Sequence record: SRR20825010_3786
Length of the DNA: 35,918 bases
Reading direction: 5' to 3' (one strand)
A program made the translations under genes and the position numbers. The notes beneath the pieces were generated by a model. It searched no databases, was not told where the DNA came from, and saw nothing but the letters and a program-made list of their open reading frames with translations. Below, in pieces: positions 26,395 to 35,140 of this stretch. How positions within the stretch are numbered: position 1 is the stretch's first letter; every line of letters starts with the position of its first letter.

Positions 26395-27672
26395 ATGGGT
26401 TACATTGAACCGGCTCCAATTAAGGATAAGGCTAATCCTTTCGAGTCAATGATGTCCAGATTCAATATTGCTGCTGAAGCACTCGGATTGGACGAGCAAG
26501 TATATAACGTGCTCAAATCTCCTTCAAAACAAGTCTCTGTGTCACTTCCAATCACTATGGATAATGGCTCTATTCGCGTTTTTGAAGGTCACAGGGTAAT
26601 TCATTCGAATATCCTAGGACCATCAAAAGGCGGTGTTAGATACGCCATGGACGTACACATTGACGAAGTAAAGGCACTCGCTGCATGGATGACATGGAAG
26701 TGTGCCGTTGTAGACATCCCCTATGGTGGTGCCAAAGGCGGCATCAAATGTAATCCGAGAGAGATGTCAGCTGGTGAAATCGAAAGATTAACCAGAGCGT
26801 ACACCAATGCCATGCTTGATGTTTTCGGTCCAGACAGAGATATCCCAGCACCAGACATGGGAACAGGCCCAAGAGAAATGGCTTGGATGATGGACGAATA
26901 CTCTAGAGCACATGGCATGACTGTAAATGCCATGGTGACTGGAAAGCCATTGGTACTTGGTGGTTCATTGGGTAGAACTGAAGCTACAGGTCGTGGTGTA
27001 ATGGTTTCTGCTTTGGCTGCCATGGAAAAATTGAACATCAACCCTTACCATGCTACTGTAGCAGTACAAGGCTTTGGTAATGTTGGATCTCATGCGGCTT
27101 TACTTCTTGAAGAAAGAGGTGCAACCATTATTGCGATAAGCGATATCTCTGGAGCATATTACAACGAAAAAGGAATTAACATTAAAGCAGCTGTTGCTTA
27201 TCGCGATGGTAACAATGGCACATTGGAAGGCTTCAAAGGAGCTGAGTTAATGGACAATGCTGCTGAATTGTTAATTCTAAAGGTAGATGTACTTGTTCCG
27301 GCTGCTGTAGAGGATGTAATCCACTCTGGTAACGTAAACCAAGTCCAAGCAAAACTTATTGTTGAAGGTGCTAACGGCCCAACTTCTGCTGAAGCGGATA
27401 AAATCATCAACGAAAAAGGTATAATGGTTGCTCCAGACATTTTAGCAAATGCTGGTGGTGTAACTGTATCATACTTTGAGTGGGTACAAAACCGTTTAGG
27501 TTATAAGTGGACGCGCGAAAGAGTAAACAGAAGGTCTGACAGGATCATGAAAGATGCTTTCGAGAAAGTATATGAAACATCGCTTAAATATAATGTACCG
27601 ATGCGTATTGCAGCGTACATTGTTGCGATTGATAAAGTTGCTTCTACCTATAAATACAGAGGTGGTTTCTAA
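26395..27672 (+). CDS. gdhA: Glu/Leu/Phe/Val dehydrogenase (likely glutamate dehydrogenase)
   Basis: GPSKGGVRY, MTWKCA, GGAKGG, PAPDMGT, GFGNVG, EGANGP, SYFEWVQN. Confidence 0.92.
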   Translation: MGYIEPAPIKDKANPFESMMSRFNIAAEALGLDEQVYNVLKSPSKQVSVSLPITMDNGSIRVFEGHRVIHSNILGPSKGGVRYAMDVHIDEVKALAAWMTWKCAVVDIPYGGAKGGIKCNPREMSAGEIERLTRAYTNAMLDVFGPDRDIPAPDMGTGPREMAWMMDEYSRAHGMTVNAMVTGKPLVLGGSLGRTEATGRGVMVSALAAMEKLNINPYHATVAVQGFGNVGSHAALLLEERGATIIAISDISGAYYNEKGINIKAAVAYRDGNNGTLEGFKGAELMDNAAELLILKVDVLVPAAVEDVIHSGNVNQVQAKLIVEGANGPTSAEADKIINEKGIMVAPDILANAGGVTVSYFEWVQNRLGYKWTRERVNRRSDRIMKDAFEKVYETSLKYNVPMRIAAYIVAIDKVASTYKYRGGF

Positions 27673-27687
27673 CCAGAAAATTAGTTA

Positions 27688-28350
27688 ATGAATATTCATA
27701 AAGAAGGAAGAGCACTGCTAGCAGTGCTCTTTTCCATATTATTAGGTTTAAATTTAGGATTGTTCTTTTTATTGAACATTCCTTCTCACTGGACTGGAAT
27801 TATTGGTGCCATCAGCTTAATTCTGTTCCTGTTCTTCCTTCAATTCTTTCGAAATCCATCTCGAAAAATTGAGATGAATGATAAACAAATTTTAGCTCCA
27901 GCCGATGGTAAAATAGTGGTGATTGAAAAAACCACGGAAGACGAATACTTTAGAGGAAAGGAAAGAATTCAGGTATCCATATTTATGTCGCCAATTAACG
28001 TGCACGTAAATAGAAACCCCGTTACTGGCCTGATCAAGTATTTCAAGTACCATGAAGGCAAATATTTGGTGGCTTGGCACCCAAAATCAAGCACAGAAAA
28101 CGAAAGGACTACACTTGTTTATGAAATTCATAAAGGAGTTGAGATTCTAATCCGTCAAATTGCCGGAGCAGCTGCACGTAGAATTAAGTGCTACGTAAAA
28201 GAAAACCAGTCTGTAATTCAAGGCAAGGAGTTCGGTTTTATCAAATTTGGCTCAAGAGTCGATCTTTTCTTACCGCTCGATGCAGTAGTAAAGGTGGAGA
28301 TTGGACAAGTAACCCAAGGCGGACAAACCATAATTGCGGAGTTGGCTTAA
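27688..28350 (+). CDS. psd: Phosphatidylserine decarboxylase proenzyme
   Basis: FFRNP, APADG, SIFMSPINVHVNR, FIKFGSRVD pyruvoyl cleavage site. Confidence 0.95.
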   Translation: MNIHKEGRALLAVLFSILLGLNLGLFFLLNIPSHWTGIIGAISLILFLFFLQFFRNPSRKIEMNDKQILAPADGKIVVIEKTTEDEYFRGKERIQVSIFMSPINVHVNRNPVTGLIKYFKYHEGKYLVAWHPKSSTENERTTLVYEIHKGVEILIRQIAGAAARRIKCYVKENQSVIQGKEFGFIKFGSRVDLFLPLDAVVKVEIGQVTQGGQTIIAELA

Positions 28351-28829
28351 ATTAAGCCTTCAATTATCTGCATTAACTTCTCTAAATGTACCTGATCAAC
28401 TTCATCAAAATCGTTGAATTGGTCCGAGTCCACGTCAAGAATTAAGTTGACTTCCCCGTTTTTCATGGCAGGTAATACTATTTCCGATTTGGAAGCAGAA
28501 CTGCAAGCAATGTGACCGGGGAATTCATCTACATTCTGAACCACAATGGTCTTTGCTGTTTCCCAGCTTGTGCCACAAACTCCTTTTCCTTTACGAATAC
28601 GAGTACAAGCAATTGGCCCTTGGAAGGGGCCCAACACCAATTCGTCTTCTTTTACCAAGTAGAAACCCACCCAAAAGAAACCCATACCATACTTTAAGGC
28701 AGAAGCAATATTGGCCAAATTAGCCGTTTGGTCTGGCTCGCCAGTTACCAACGCTTCAATTTGCGGAATTAGCGTTTCGTATTTTTCTGCTTTGCTTAAA
28801 TCGTTCGAGATGATAAGTTCTTCGGCCAT
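28347..28829 (-). CDS. msrC: GAF-domain free methionine-R-sulfoxide reductase
   Basis: WVGFY, LGPFQGPIAC, GVCG, FPGHIAC, SEIVLP, LDVDS. Confidence 0.9.
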   Translation of the reverse strand: MAEELIISNDLSKAEKYETLIPQIEALVTGEPDQTANLANIASALKYGMGFFWVGFYLVKEDELVLGPFQGPIACTRIRKGKGVCGTSWETAKTIVVQNVDEFPGHIACSSASKSEIVLPAMKNGEVNLILDVDSDQFNDFDEVDQVHLEKLMQIIEGLI

Positions 28830-28882
28830 AATTTTAATTCTGAATTGCGAATTTAAAAGAGAATTGTGTGAATGTTGGTTCC

Positions 28883-29911
28883 TTAATGCCGGTAAATTTT
28901 AAGCACATCGGTTTGCAGTTGAATAGTTTCTGCGGACGCATCTTTTAGACTTGGCGCCATAATGCCTTCATTGAATAATACTGGACATTCAAACACACGT
29001 GTCTCGTCCCATAAACCCAAAGCCATTAAAGAATTGAGCAAGAAGCTGCCACCTTCCACCAAAACAGATTGCACTTTGCGCTCATACAAATCTGCAAGTA
29101 TATTTTGGAGAAAGTCTTTCTCACCAATTTTAACAAAGTTGAGATGCTCTTTCTCCTCAGTCTTTACTGTATTGTAAACAATGGTCGACAAGCTTCCATC
29201 AAACAAGTTGAGGTCAGTGGGTAAGCGCAGATGCCTGTCGATGACCAAACGAAGCGGTGACTCACCATGCCAATCGCGAACATCGAGTCTGGGGTTGTCA
29301 TATTGAGCCGTATTGGTACCTACTAGAATGGCATCTTCTTCCGCCCGCCATTGGTGCACCATCATTCTCGATTGCTCACTACTGATCCATTTGCTGTCAA
29401 AATTATTTCGAGCAATAAAACCATCAGCCGTTTGCGCCCATTTCAGTAAAATGTAAGGACGCTTTTTTTCAATCATGGTAAAAAACCTCCGATTCAGGTT
29501 TCTCGCCTCTCCTTCTAAAACTCCAGTCCTGACTTCTATTCCAGCGTCTTTAAGTTTCTGAACGCCTTTACCACCAACAAGTGGATTGGTATCCATCGAG
29601 GCAATCACTACTTTCTTTACCTTTTTTGCCACTAATAAATCGGAGCAAGGTGGCGTTTTACCAAAGTGGGAGCAAGGTTCTAGCGTAACATAACAAGTGC
29701 TTTCGGAAAGAAGACTTTGATCGGAAACGGAATTAATAGCATTTACTTCGGCATGTGGCCCGCCATATTTTTGGTGATATCCTTCACCAATAATTTTATC
29801 ATTATGAACAATTACGCAGCCCACCATCGGGTTTGGGCTAACATGACCTCGCCCCATTTCGGCTAGGTCTAGTGCGCGCTGCATCCATTTTAAATCTTGC
29901 TGATCATTCAC
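28883..29911 (-). CDS. ribD: Riboflavin biosynthesis deaminase/reductase RibD
   Basis: PNPMVG, HAE, LEPCSHFGKTPPC, LVEGG; GTG start. Confidence 0.97.
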   Translation of the reverse strand: MNDQQDLKWMQRALDLAEMGRGHVSPNPMVGCVIVHNDKIIGEGYHQKYGGPHAEVNAINSVSDQSLLSESTCYVTLEPCSHFGKTPPCSDLLVAKKVKKVVIASMDTNPLVGGKGVQKLKDAGIEVRTGVLEGEARNLNRRFFTMIEKKRPYILLKWAQTADGFIARNNFDSKWISSEQSRMMVHQWRAEEDAILVGTNTAQYDNPRLDVRDWHGESPLRLVIDRHLRLPTDLNLFDGSLSTIVYNTVKTEEKEHLNFVKIGEKDFLQNILADLYERKVQSVLVEGGSFLLNSLMALGLWDETRVFECPVLFNEGIMAPSLKDASAETIQLQTDVLKIYRH

Positions 29912-29968
29912 CCGCGCAATTTAGGCAATGCGTCATACTATTCCTTGTTCCTTATTCAATTGACTAAC

Positions 29969-30001
29969 CCCTCCAAAAGTTAGTTGATAACTTTTGGAGG
30001 G
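29969..30001. repeat. REP-like perfect 14-bp hairpin between the divergent ribD and prmC genes
   Basis: CCCTCCAAAAGTTA-GTTGA-TAACTTTTGGAGGG. Confidence 0.75.
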
Positions 30002-30031
30002 TTGGCTAACCCACAAACAAATCCTTCTCAC

Positions 30032-30039
30032 TACTTTTG
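30032..30039 (+). promoter_or_regulatory. -7 box TACTTTTG only 3 nt before the prmC ATG
   Basis: Exact TAnnTTTG match; ATG at 30043. Confidence 0.6.
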
Positions 30040-30042
30040 TTT

Positions 30043-30903
30043 ATGCCTTTTGAAAAACCGAAAGCCAAAATTCAGTCCATTACTAAAGCACTGAAGGCCA
30101 TTTATGATGAACGCGAAGCTACCAACATGGCCCACTTACTTCTGGGTCATTTCTATGGTTTAGATCGAATGGCAATCATTTTGAATGATGAGTTTTCGTT
30201 GGTTGAAGATTCTGAAAAGAGTTTAGCAAAAGCGATTGATGAGCTGAATCAACACAAGCCAATTCAACACATCTTTGGAAGTATAGAATTTTATGGCTGC
30301 GAATTGAAGGTGGATGAACGGGCTTTAATTCCCCGTCCAGAAACGGAAGAACTGGTGGATTGGATTGTGACGGAGAATACGGCTAAAGCTCCTTCCATTT
30401 TGGATATAGGAACGGGAACAGGTTGCATTCCTATTGCGCTGAAAAATGCCATTCCAAAGGCAAAAGTGGCAGCCGTAGATGTAAGTGAAGATGCGCTAAA
30501 TTTGGCTAGAGAAAACGCCAAGCAGAATGGAGTTGAGGTTGATTTTCAGCATTTAGATATTCTAAAAAACAGCTTCCCTTTTGAACTGTTGGATCTAGTG
30601 GTCAGTAATCCTCCCTATATTCCCGAAAGTGATAAGGTAGAAATGAGTTCGAATGTATTATCCTTCGAACCGCATTTGGCACTCTTTGTTGAAAACCACG
30701 ATCCGTTGATTTTCTACAGGAGAATAGCCGAGTTGGCTTTTCGGCATTTGAAGGATGGCGGAATACTCTATTTCGAAATTCATGAAAGATTTGGGAAGGA
30801 AATGATTAAACTGGTGGAAGACATTGGCTTTACAAAAGTGCTCCTCAAAAAGGATTTACAAGGAAAAGACAGAATGCTTCAAGCACAAAAATATTCGAAA
30901 TGA
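30043..30903 (+). CDS. prmC: Release factor glutamine methyltransferase
   Basis: LIPRPETEELV, LDIGTGTGCI, VSNPPYI, FEPHLALF, GKDRM. Confidence 0.97.
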   Translation: MPFEKPKAKIQSITKALKAIYDEREATNMAHLLLGHFYGLDRMAIILNDEFSLVEDSEKSLAKAIDELNQHKPIQHIFGSIEFYGCELKVDERALIPRPETEELVDWIVTENTAKAPSILDIGTGTGCIPIALKNAIPKAKVAAVDVSEDALNLARENAKQNGVEVDFQHLDILKNSFPFELLDLVVSNPPYIPESDKVEMSSNVLSFEPHLALFVENHDPLIFYRRIAELAFRHLKDGGILYFEIHERFGKEMIKLVEDIGFTKVLLKKDLQGKDRMLQAQKYSK

Positions 30904-31586
30904 AAAAATTGATTCTATTACACGGTGCGCTCGGTAGCGCCTCACAGTTTGAAGGTTTAACGACTAAGCTCAATGCCGATTTCGAAGTACATACCTTCAA
31001 TTTCTCTGGGCATGGTGGTGCGCCTGTGAATGAAGAAGGATTTGGCATCGAAGTTTTTGCCGAAGAGCTCCAAGCTTTTATCAAAAATAATAAACTCGAA
31101 GGTGCCGATGTTTTTGGCTACAGCATGGGTGGCTATGTGGCGTTATACTTGGCTGCTACTCAACCGAATTTGATAGGCAAGATCGTCACCCTTGGTACCA
31201 AATTGACTTGGACAGCCGAAGCTGCAGATGAAGAAACTGCCCGATTGAACCCAGAAACGATGAAGGAGAAAGTGCCGAAATTCGCTGCAATGCTAAAAGA
31301 GCGACATGGTAAAAAGCAATGGAAACAGGTTATCTGGCAAACTGCCGGAATGATGCTAGAATTGGGTGATGAGCCATTGCTTACCATGGAAAACCTTCCT
31401 TTAATCACTAATCAAATCACTATACTTTTGGGAGATAACGATACTATGGTAGGTAAAGAAGAAAGTGAAAATGTGGCTACAATTCTCCCTAACGCAAAGT
31501 TTATTTCCATCCCTAATATGCCACACCCTTTAGAGAAAGTGGATGTAAACGCATTATATGAAAATATTAAGAACACTTTGAGTTAA
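30900..31586 (+). CDS. Alpha/beta hydrolase
   Basis: LLHGALG, GYSMGG, MPHP; ATGA overlap with prmC. Confidence 0.9.
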   Translation: MKKLILLHGALGSASQFEGLTTKLNADFEVHTFNFSGHGGAPVNEEGFGIEVFAEELQAFIKNNKLEGADVFGYSMGGYVALYLAATQPNLIGKIVTLGTKLTWTAEAADEETARLNPETMKEKVPKFAAMLKERHGKKQWKQVIWQTAGMMLELGDEPLLTMENLPLITNQITILLGDNDTMVGKEESENVATILPNAKFISIPNMPHPLEKVDVNALYENIKNTLS

Positions 31587-31638
31587 GTAGTGAATTAGGG
31601 ATTAACTTATATCTTTAGAGTTTATTTCTAATCTGGAT

Positions 31639-32865
31639 ATGTTAAAGTCAATCAACTCTACTTTTTTCATCTTTGCCTTATTCATAGTCCTCTTTACTAT
31701 TTCTTCTTGTAACAATGAGAAAGAGATCGAGACTGGCCTGACCACTATTAATTTGGTAGAAGCCTACAGCAATGCTGCACCAATCAATATCAGTGATTTT
31801 GCTTCAGACATTGAATACATTCGATTAGAGACCAGTGAGAATACTTTTTATAGATCAATTTACCTCAAAACTACACTTGGAGATTCAGTCATTCTAATGA
31901 AGTCGACTGATCGGATATCTTTGTTTGATAGGAAAACAGGAACTTACCTCAGAGATATTGGCCACAAAGGAGACGACCCTCAAGGTTTTTCCAGTGCACT
32001 TTATGACCTCGGTGTCAATGCAGAGAACAAAACAGTTTATGCCAGAGGGAAGCGTTTTGATTTGTATGAATATTCTTTAGGTGATGGGCTTTTAGTGAAC
32101 ACTATTCCTGGGCCAAAAGTAGAGGAATTAGACAAAGCTCTCACTTCTATTTCATTTATGGACATCAGCTTGATCACATCACAAGGCATCATTGATGATG
32201 AACTCGGTGTGGGCTATTTCATGAACATCAAAGGTAATGAACTTTATAAGTTAGTAGTTTATGACTTTAATGGGGAGGTATTGAAAATATATCCAAACCA
32301 CCAGAGTTACGAGAAACGAAAAAATGGAATTAGTATCGAAAGTGCCGATTTCCACAATTACAATAACGCGTTATTCTTCAAAGAGAATTTCAATGATACA
32401 GTATTCAATGTAGGTGTTGACACTTTGAAACCAGCTATTCTCTATGAATTGGGGGAGTTCAGTCCACCCTATGCTGAACAAGAAAATTTAGGTGAAAAGA
32501 GAAGTGAATATATGTTCCCTTATAAGACACTGCAAAGCCCAGGTTTTGTTTTCTATAATGTTTCCTTTAAGGAAAAATTGGCCTACGGATATTACAATCG
32601 AAAAACGAAAAAAGCTTTTCTTTCCGACCCTTCCACCAGCGACAAAAAGACTGGCTACACAAACGACATTGATAATTTTGTGTCCTTTTATCCCACTTCA
32701 ATCAATGAAAAGGGTGAGATGTTGGGCCTAATCACGGCCGAAGAAGTGTACGAATGGTTCCAGAACAACCCCGACAAAATCGCGTCTCTTCCTAAAAACC
32801 TACAAGCACTACAAAACATCGAACCAGAAGACAATCCAGTTATCATGATTGCCAAGCTAAAATAG
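31639..32865 (+). CDS. Six-bladed beta-propeller (DUF4934-like) lipoprotein
   Basis: Lipobox ISSC; ISDFASDIEYIRLET, IGHKGDDP, C-terminal EDNPVIMIAKLK. Confidence 0.8.
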   Translation: MLKSINSTFFIFALFIVLFTISSCNNEKEIETGLTTINLVEAYSNAAPINISDFASDIEYIRLETSENTFYRSIYLKTTLGDSVILMKSTDRISLFDRKTGTYLRDIGHKGDDPQGFSSALYDLGVNAENKTVYARGKRFDLYEYSLGDGLLVNTIPGPKVEELDKALTSISFMDISLITSQGIIDDELGVGYFMNIKGNELYKLVVYDFNGEVLKIYPNHQSYEKRKNGISIESADFHNYNNALFFKENFNDTVFNVGVDTLKPAILYELGEFSPPYAEQENLGEKRSEYMFPYKTLQSPGFVFYNVSFKEKLAYGYYNRKTKKAFLSDPSTSDKKTGYTNDIDNFVSFYPTSINEKGEMLGLITAEEVYEWFQNNPDKIASLPKNLQALQNIEPEDNPVIMIAKLK

Positions 32866-32885
32866 AGTCCTCCAAGAACTCTATC

Positions 32886-32941
32886 TACTATTTTTATAGA
32901 ATAACTACTATTTATTTAGTTTATTTACTATGTTTATAGTA
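32886..32941 (+). promoter_or_regulatory. Three tandem BlaI-type operator palindromes at 20-bp period
   Basis: TACTATTTTTATAGA (32886), TACTATTTATTTAGT (32906), TACTATGTTTATAGT-A (32926, ending on the A of ATG). Confidence 0.8.
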
Positions 32942-33309
32942 TGAAAGAACTTACTAAGGCGGAAGAAAGGATAATGCAGTTGCTTTGGCAGCTAGAAAAG
33001 GCCTTTACTCGTGAAATTCTGGATCAATTTGAAGGCACACCACCAAGCTACACTACCGTGGCTACCGTCCTTACTGTACTCGAACAAAAGGGCTTTGTCG
33101 ATTTTGAGAAGCTCGGTAATAGCAAGCGCTACTACCCCCTGGTCAGTAAAGAGGCCTACAGTGAGTTTGCTTTGAGCAATGTGGTAGGGAAATATTTCGA
33201 AGGCTCTTTAAGTAAACTCGTTTCCTTCTTTACCGAGAAAAAGAACATCGACCTGAAAGAGCTCGATGAGATCATTGATGTAATTGAGAAAAATAAAGAG
33301 CAGAAATGA
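32941..33309 (+). CDS. BlaI/MecI/CopY-family repressor
   Basis: LTKAEERIMQLLW, SYTTVAT.L..LEQKGFV, YFEGSLSKLVSFF. Confidence 0.95.
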   Translation: MKELTKAEERIMQLLWQLEKAFTREILDQFEGTPPSYTTVATVLTVLEQKGFVDFEKLGNSKRYYPLVSKEAYSEFALSNVVGKYFEGSLSKLVSFFTEKKNIDLKELDEIIDVIEKNKEQK

Positions 33310-35087
33310 TGTGGAACCCTATTCTTATCTGGAGCTTAAAAGCGGGCTTATTGCTAAGCCTTTTGTATGGCGTTTATTTCTTCTTGTTCAGAAACAATAC
33401 GCAGTTTCATCTGAAACGAGTACTGCTCTTTTCAATTTTGGTTGCTGCACTAGTCTGGCCATTGATAAAGTTCAGTGCAAGTGAAAAGCCCGTTTCCAAT
33501 ACTCAGGTGTTTCAAAAGCTTGATGAATCATTGATTTCTCCGATAGCTGAATTTTCTCCAAAAACAATTGAAACTGGTGAAGTCCAAATCATCGAAACCT
33601 CCAAAACGACCAGCGCTCCAGATATTATTTGGTGGGTGTATTTAACAGGCGTGGCCATAAGTCTTTTAGTCTTCTTTAGTGAGTTGGTAAAGCTCACCTA
33701 TTGGCGATTAACGGGAACTGAAATGAGAGATTTAGGCAAGAACGTAATCAGTCATCCTTCAGTGAAGTACCCTTTCTCCTTCTGGAAATGGATTTTCATT
33801 CCCGAGTCAGTCGATTATTCTGAATCCGAATGGATCGTTATTCAGGAACATGAAAACCTGCACTTAAATCAGAAACATACGGTTGATATTCTTTGCGCTG
33901 CCTTGGCTCAATGCGCACTTTGGTACCATCCGACAATCTATCTTTTCCAAAAAGGAATGAAATCTAACCATGAATCTCTGGCCGATTCCGCAGTACTAAA
34001 GTCTACCAACTTTGGGCGCTATACCGAAATATTACTTGCCCTGAGTTTGCGAACCAGTTCGGTCACGCTAGGGCATTCATTCGCTTTAATTTCTTCACTT
34101 TCTAAACGACTTAAAGTTATGAAACTCAAAAAAACTTCGAAACGAAGCAGCTATGCTTCCATCATTTCCTTTGCGGTTTTGGCCTTGGTGATTGCCAGCC
34201 AAACTGTGAGTTATGGACAGGAAAAAGGTGAAAAGAATGAAACTGAAAGTATATCTATGTCCATTACTTCAGATGGAGGAATTATTACTTACAGTACTGC
34301 TGAAATTTTTAAAAGGACGGGAAAATCTCCAGATTTCTGGGTTATGAATGGGCGAATGATGACAATGATACCTTATATGCTAACCCCAAGGTACAAGGAG
34401 TTAATTGAAAGAATTAAACAAACTTATTACAGTGATGATAAGGATCAGAAAACAACATTCACACTTGAATTGAGCGATAGCCAAAAATCATATTACGATG
34501 AATTGATGAAGCCTGCGGGCTTGGCCCAAACCAAAACGGAATTCATTGCAGAATTGACAGTTGAAGATCGTATTGAACTGTATGAGCTTTCTAAGCAATG
34601 GGCTGAGGAAAATATTAAATTGGTTTACCCGGACTATGAAATTATCAGTGAGATGGACTTCATAAAACAGAAGTACTTGATTATACAATCATATACAAGA
34701 AGAGAGAATGATTCGAAATATAAAAGGACTGATGTTTTCACCTCAAAACAAGTAGATGAACTTGCTGAGCCTGTTGGGGGAATTAGTCGATTCTTGAATA
34801 ATGTGGCATTAAATACAAAAAAAGAAGAGGGTCTGGCAATCGAAGATATGCCCAAAACCATTGAATTTGAATTTGTAGTCAATAATCAAGGTCATGTTAC
34901 ACAGGTAGATTTGCTAACAAAAGTAAAAGGGAATGATGAAGCACAGGATAAAATATACAAACTGTTGCGTCAGTTGAATGATAATATTCAAAGCGTGTCT
35001 AGAGTTTATGGCTGGAAGCCCGCTTTGAAAGACAATGAATTTGTGTCGAGCAAATATAAAATCGAAATACCAAAATCACTTTTGTAG
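33306..35087 (+). CDS. M56 (BlaR1-like) membrane metallopeptidase with C-terminal TonB-C-like domain
   Basis: PFSFWKWIF, HENLH zinc motif, HESLAD; C-terminal AEPVGG...FEFVVNNQG...WKPA; ATGA overlap with blaI. Confidence 0.9.
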   Translation: MMWNPILIWSLKAGLLLSLLYGVYFFLFRNNTQFHLKRVLLFSILVAALVWPLIKFSASEKPVSNTQVFQKLDESLISPIAEFSPKTIETGEVQIIETSKTTSAPDIIWWVYLTGVAISLLVFFSELVKLTYWRLTGTEMRDLGKNVISHPSVKYPFSFWKWIFIPESVDYSESEWIVIQEHENLHLNQKHTVDILCAALAQCALWYHPTIYLFQKGMKSNHESLADSAVLKSTNFGRYTEILLALSLRTSSVTLGHSFALISSLSKRLKVMKLKKTSKRSSYASIISFAVLALVIASQTVSYGQEKGEKNETESISMSITSDGGIITYSTAEIFKRTGKSPDFWVMNGRMMTMIPYMLTPRYKELIERIKQTYYSDDKDQKTTFTLELSDSQKSYYDELMKPAGLAQTKTEFIAELTVEDRIELYELSKQWAEENIKLVYPDYEIISEMDFIKQKYLIIQSYTRRENDSKYKRTDVFTSKQVDELAEPVGGISRFLNNVALNTKKEEGLAIEDMPKTIEFEFVVNNQGHVTQVDLLTKVKGNDEAQDKIYKLLRQLNDNIQSVSRVYGWKPALKDNEFVSSKYKIEIPKSLL

Positions 35088-35115
35088 TTCTAGTTTTACT
35101 ACGCTTCACAAGATT

Positions 35116-35140
35116 CAGCCGGCAATGCTCGGCTGTTTCT
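35116..35140 (+). terminator. Small hairpin between the convergent M56 and TPK-like genes
   Basis: CAGCCG-GCAATGCT-CGGCTG followed by TTTCT. Confidence 0.5.

Noticed and set aside
29912-30042. FMN riboswitch upstream of ribD
   Set aside because: No FMN aptamer consensus; the region holds one simple hairpin and promoter boxes next to the starts
32886-32940. Mini CRISPR array
   Set aside because: 15-bp units with 5-bp gaps are far too short and no cas genes are present; an operator array fits better
3325-34882. Remaining 60-130 aa antisense or out-of-frame ORFs in the track
   Set aside because: Nested in or largely overlapping well-supported genes, with no motifs of their own
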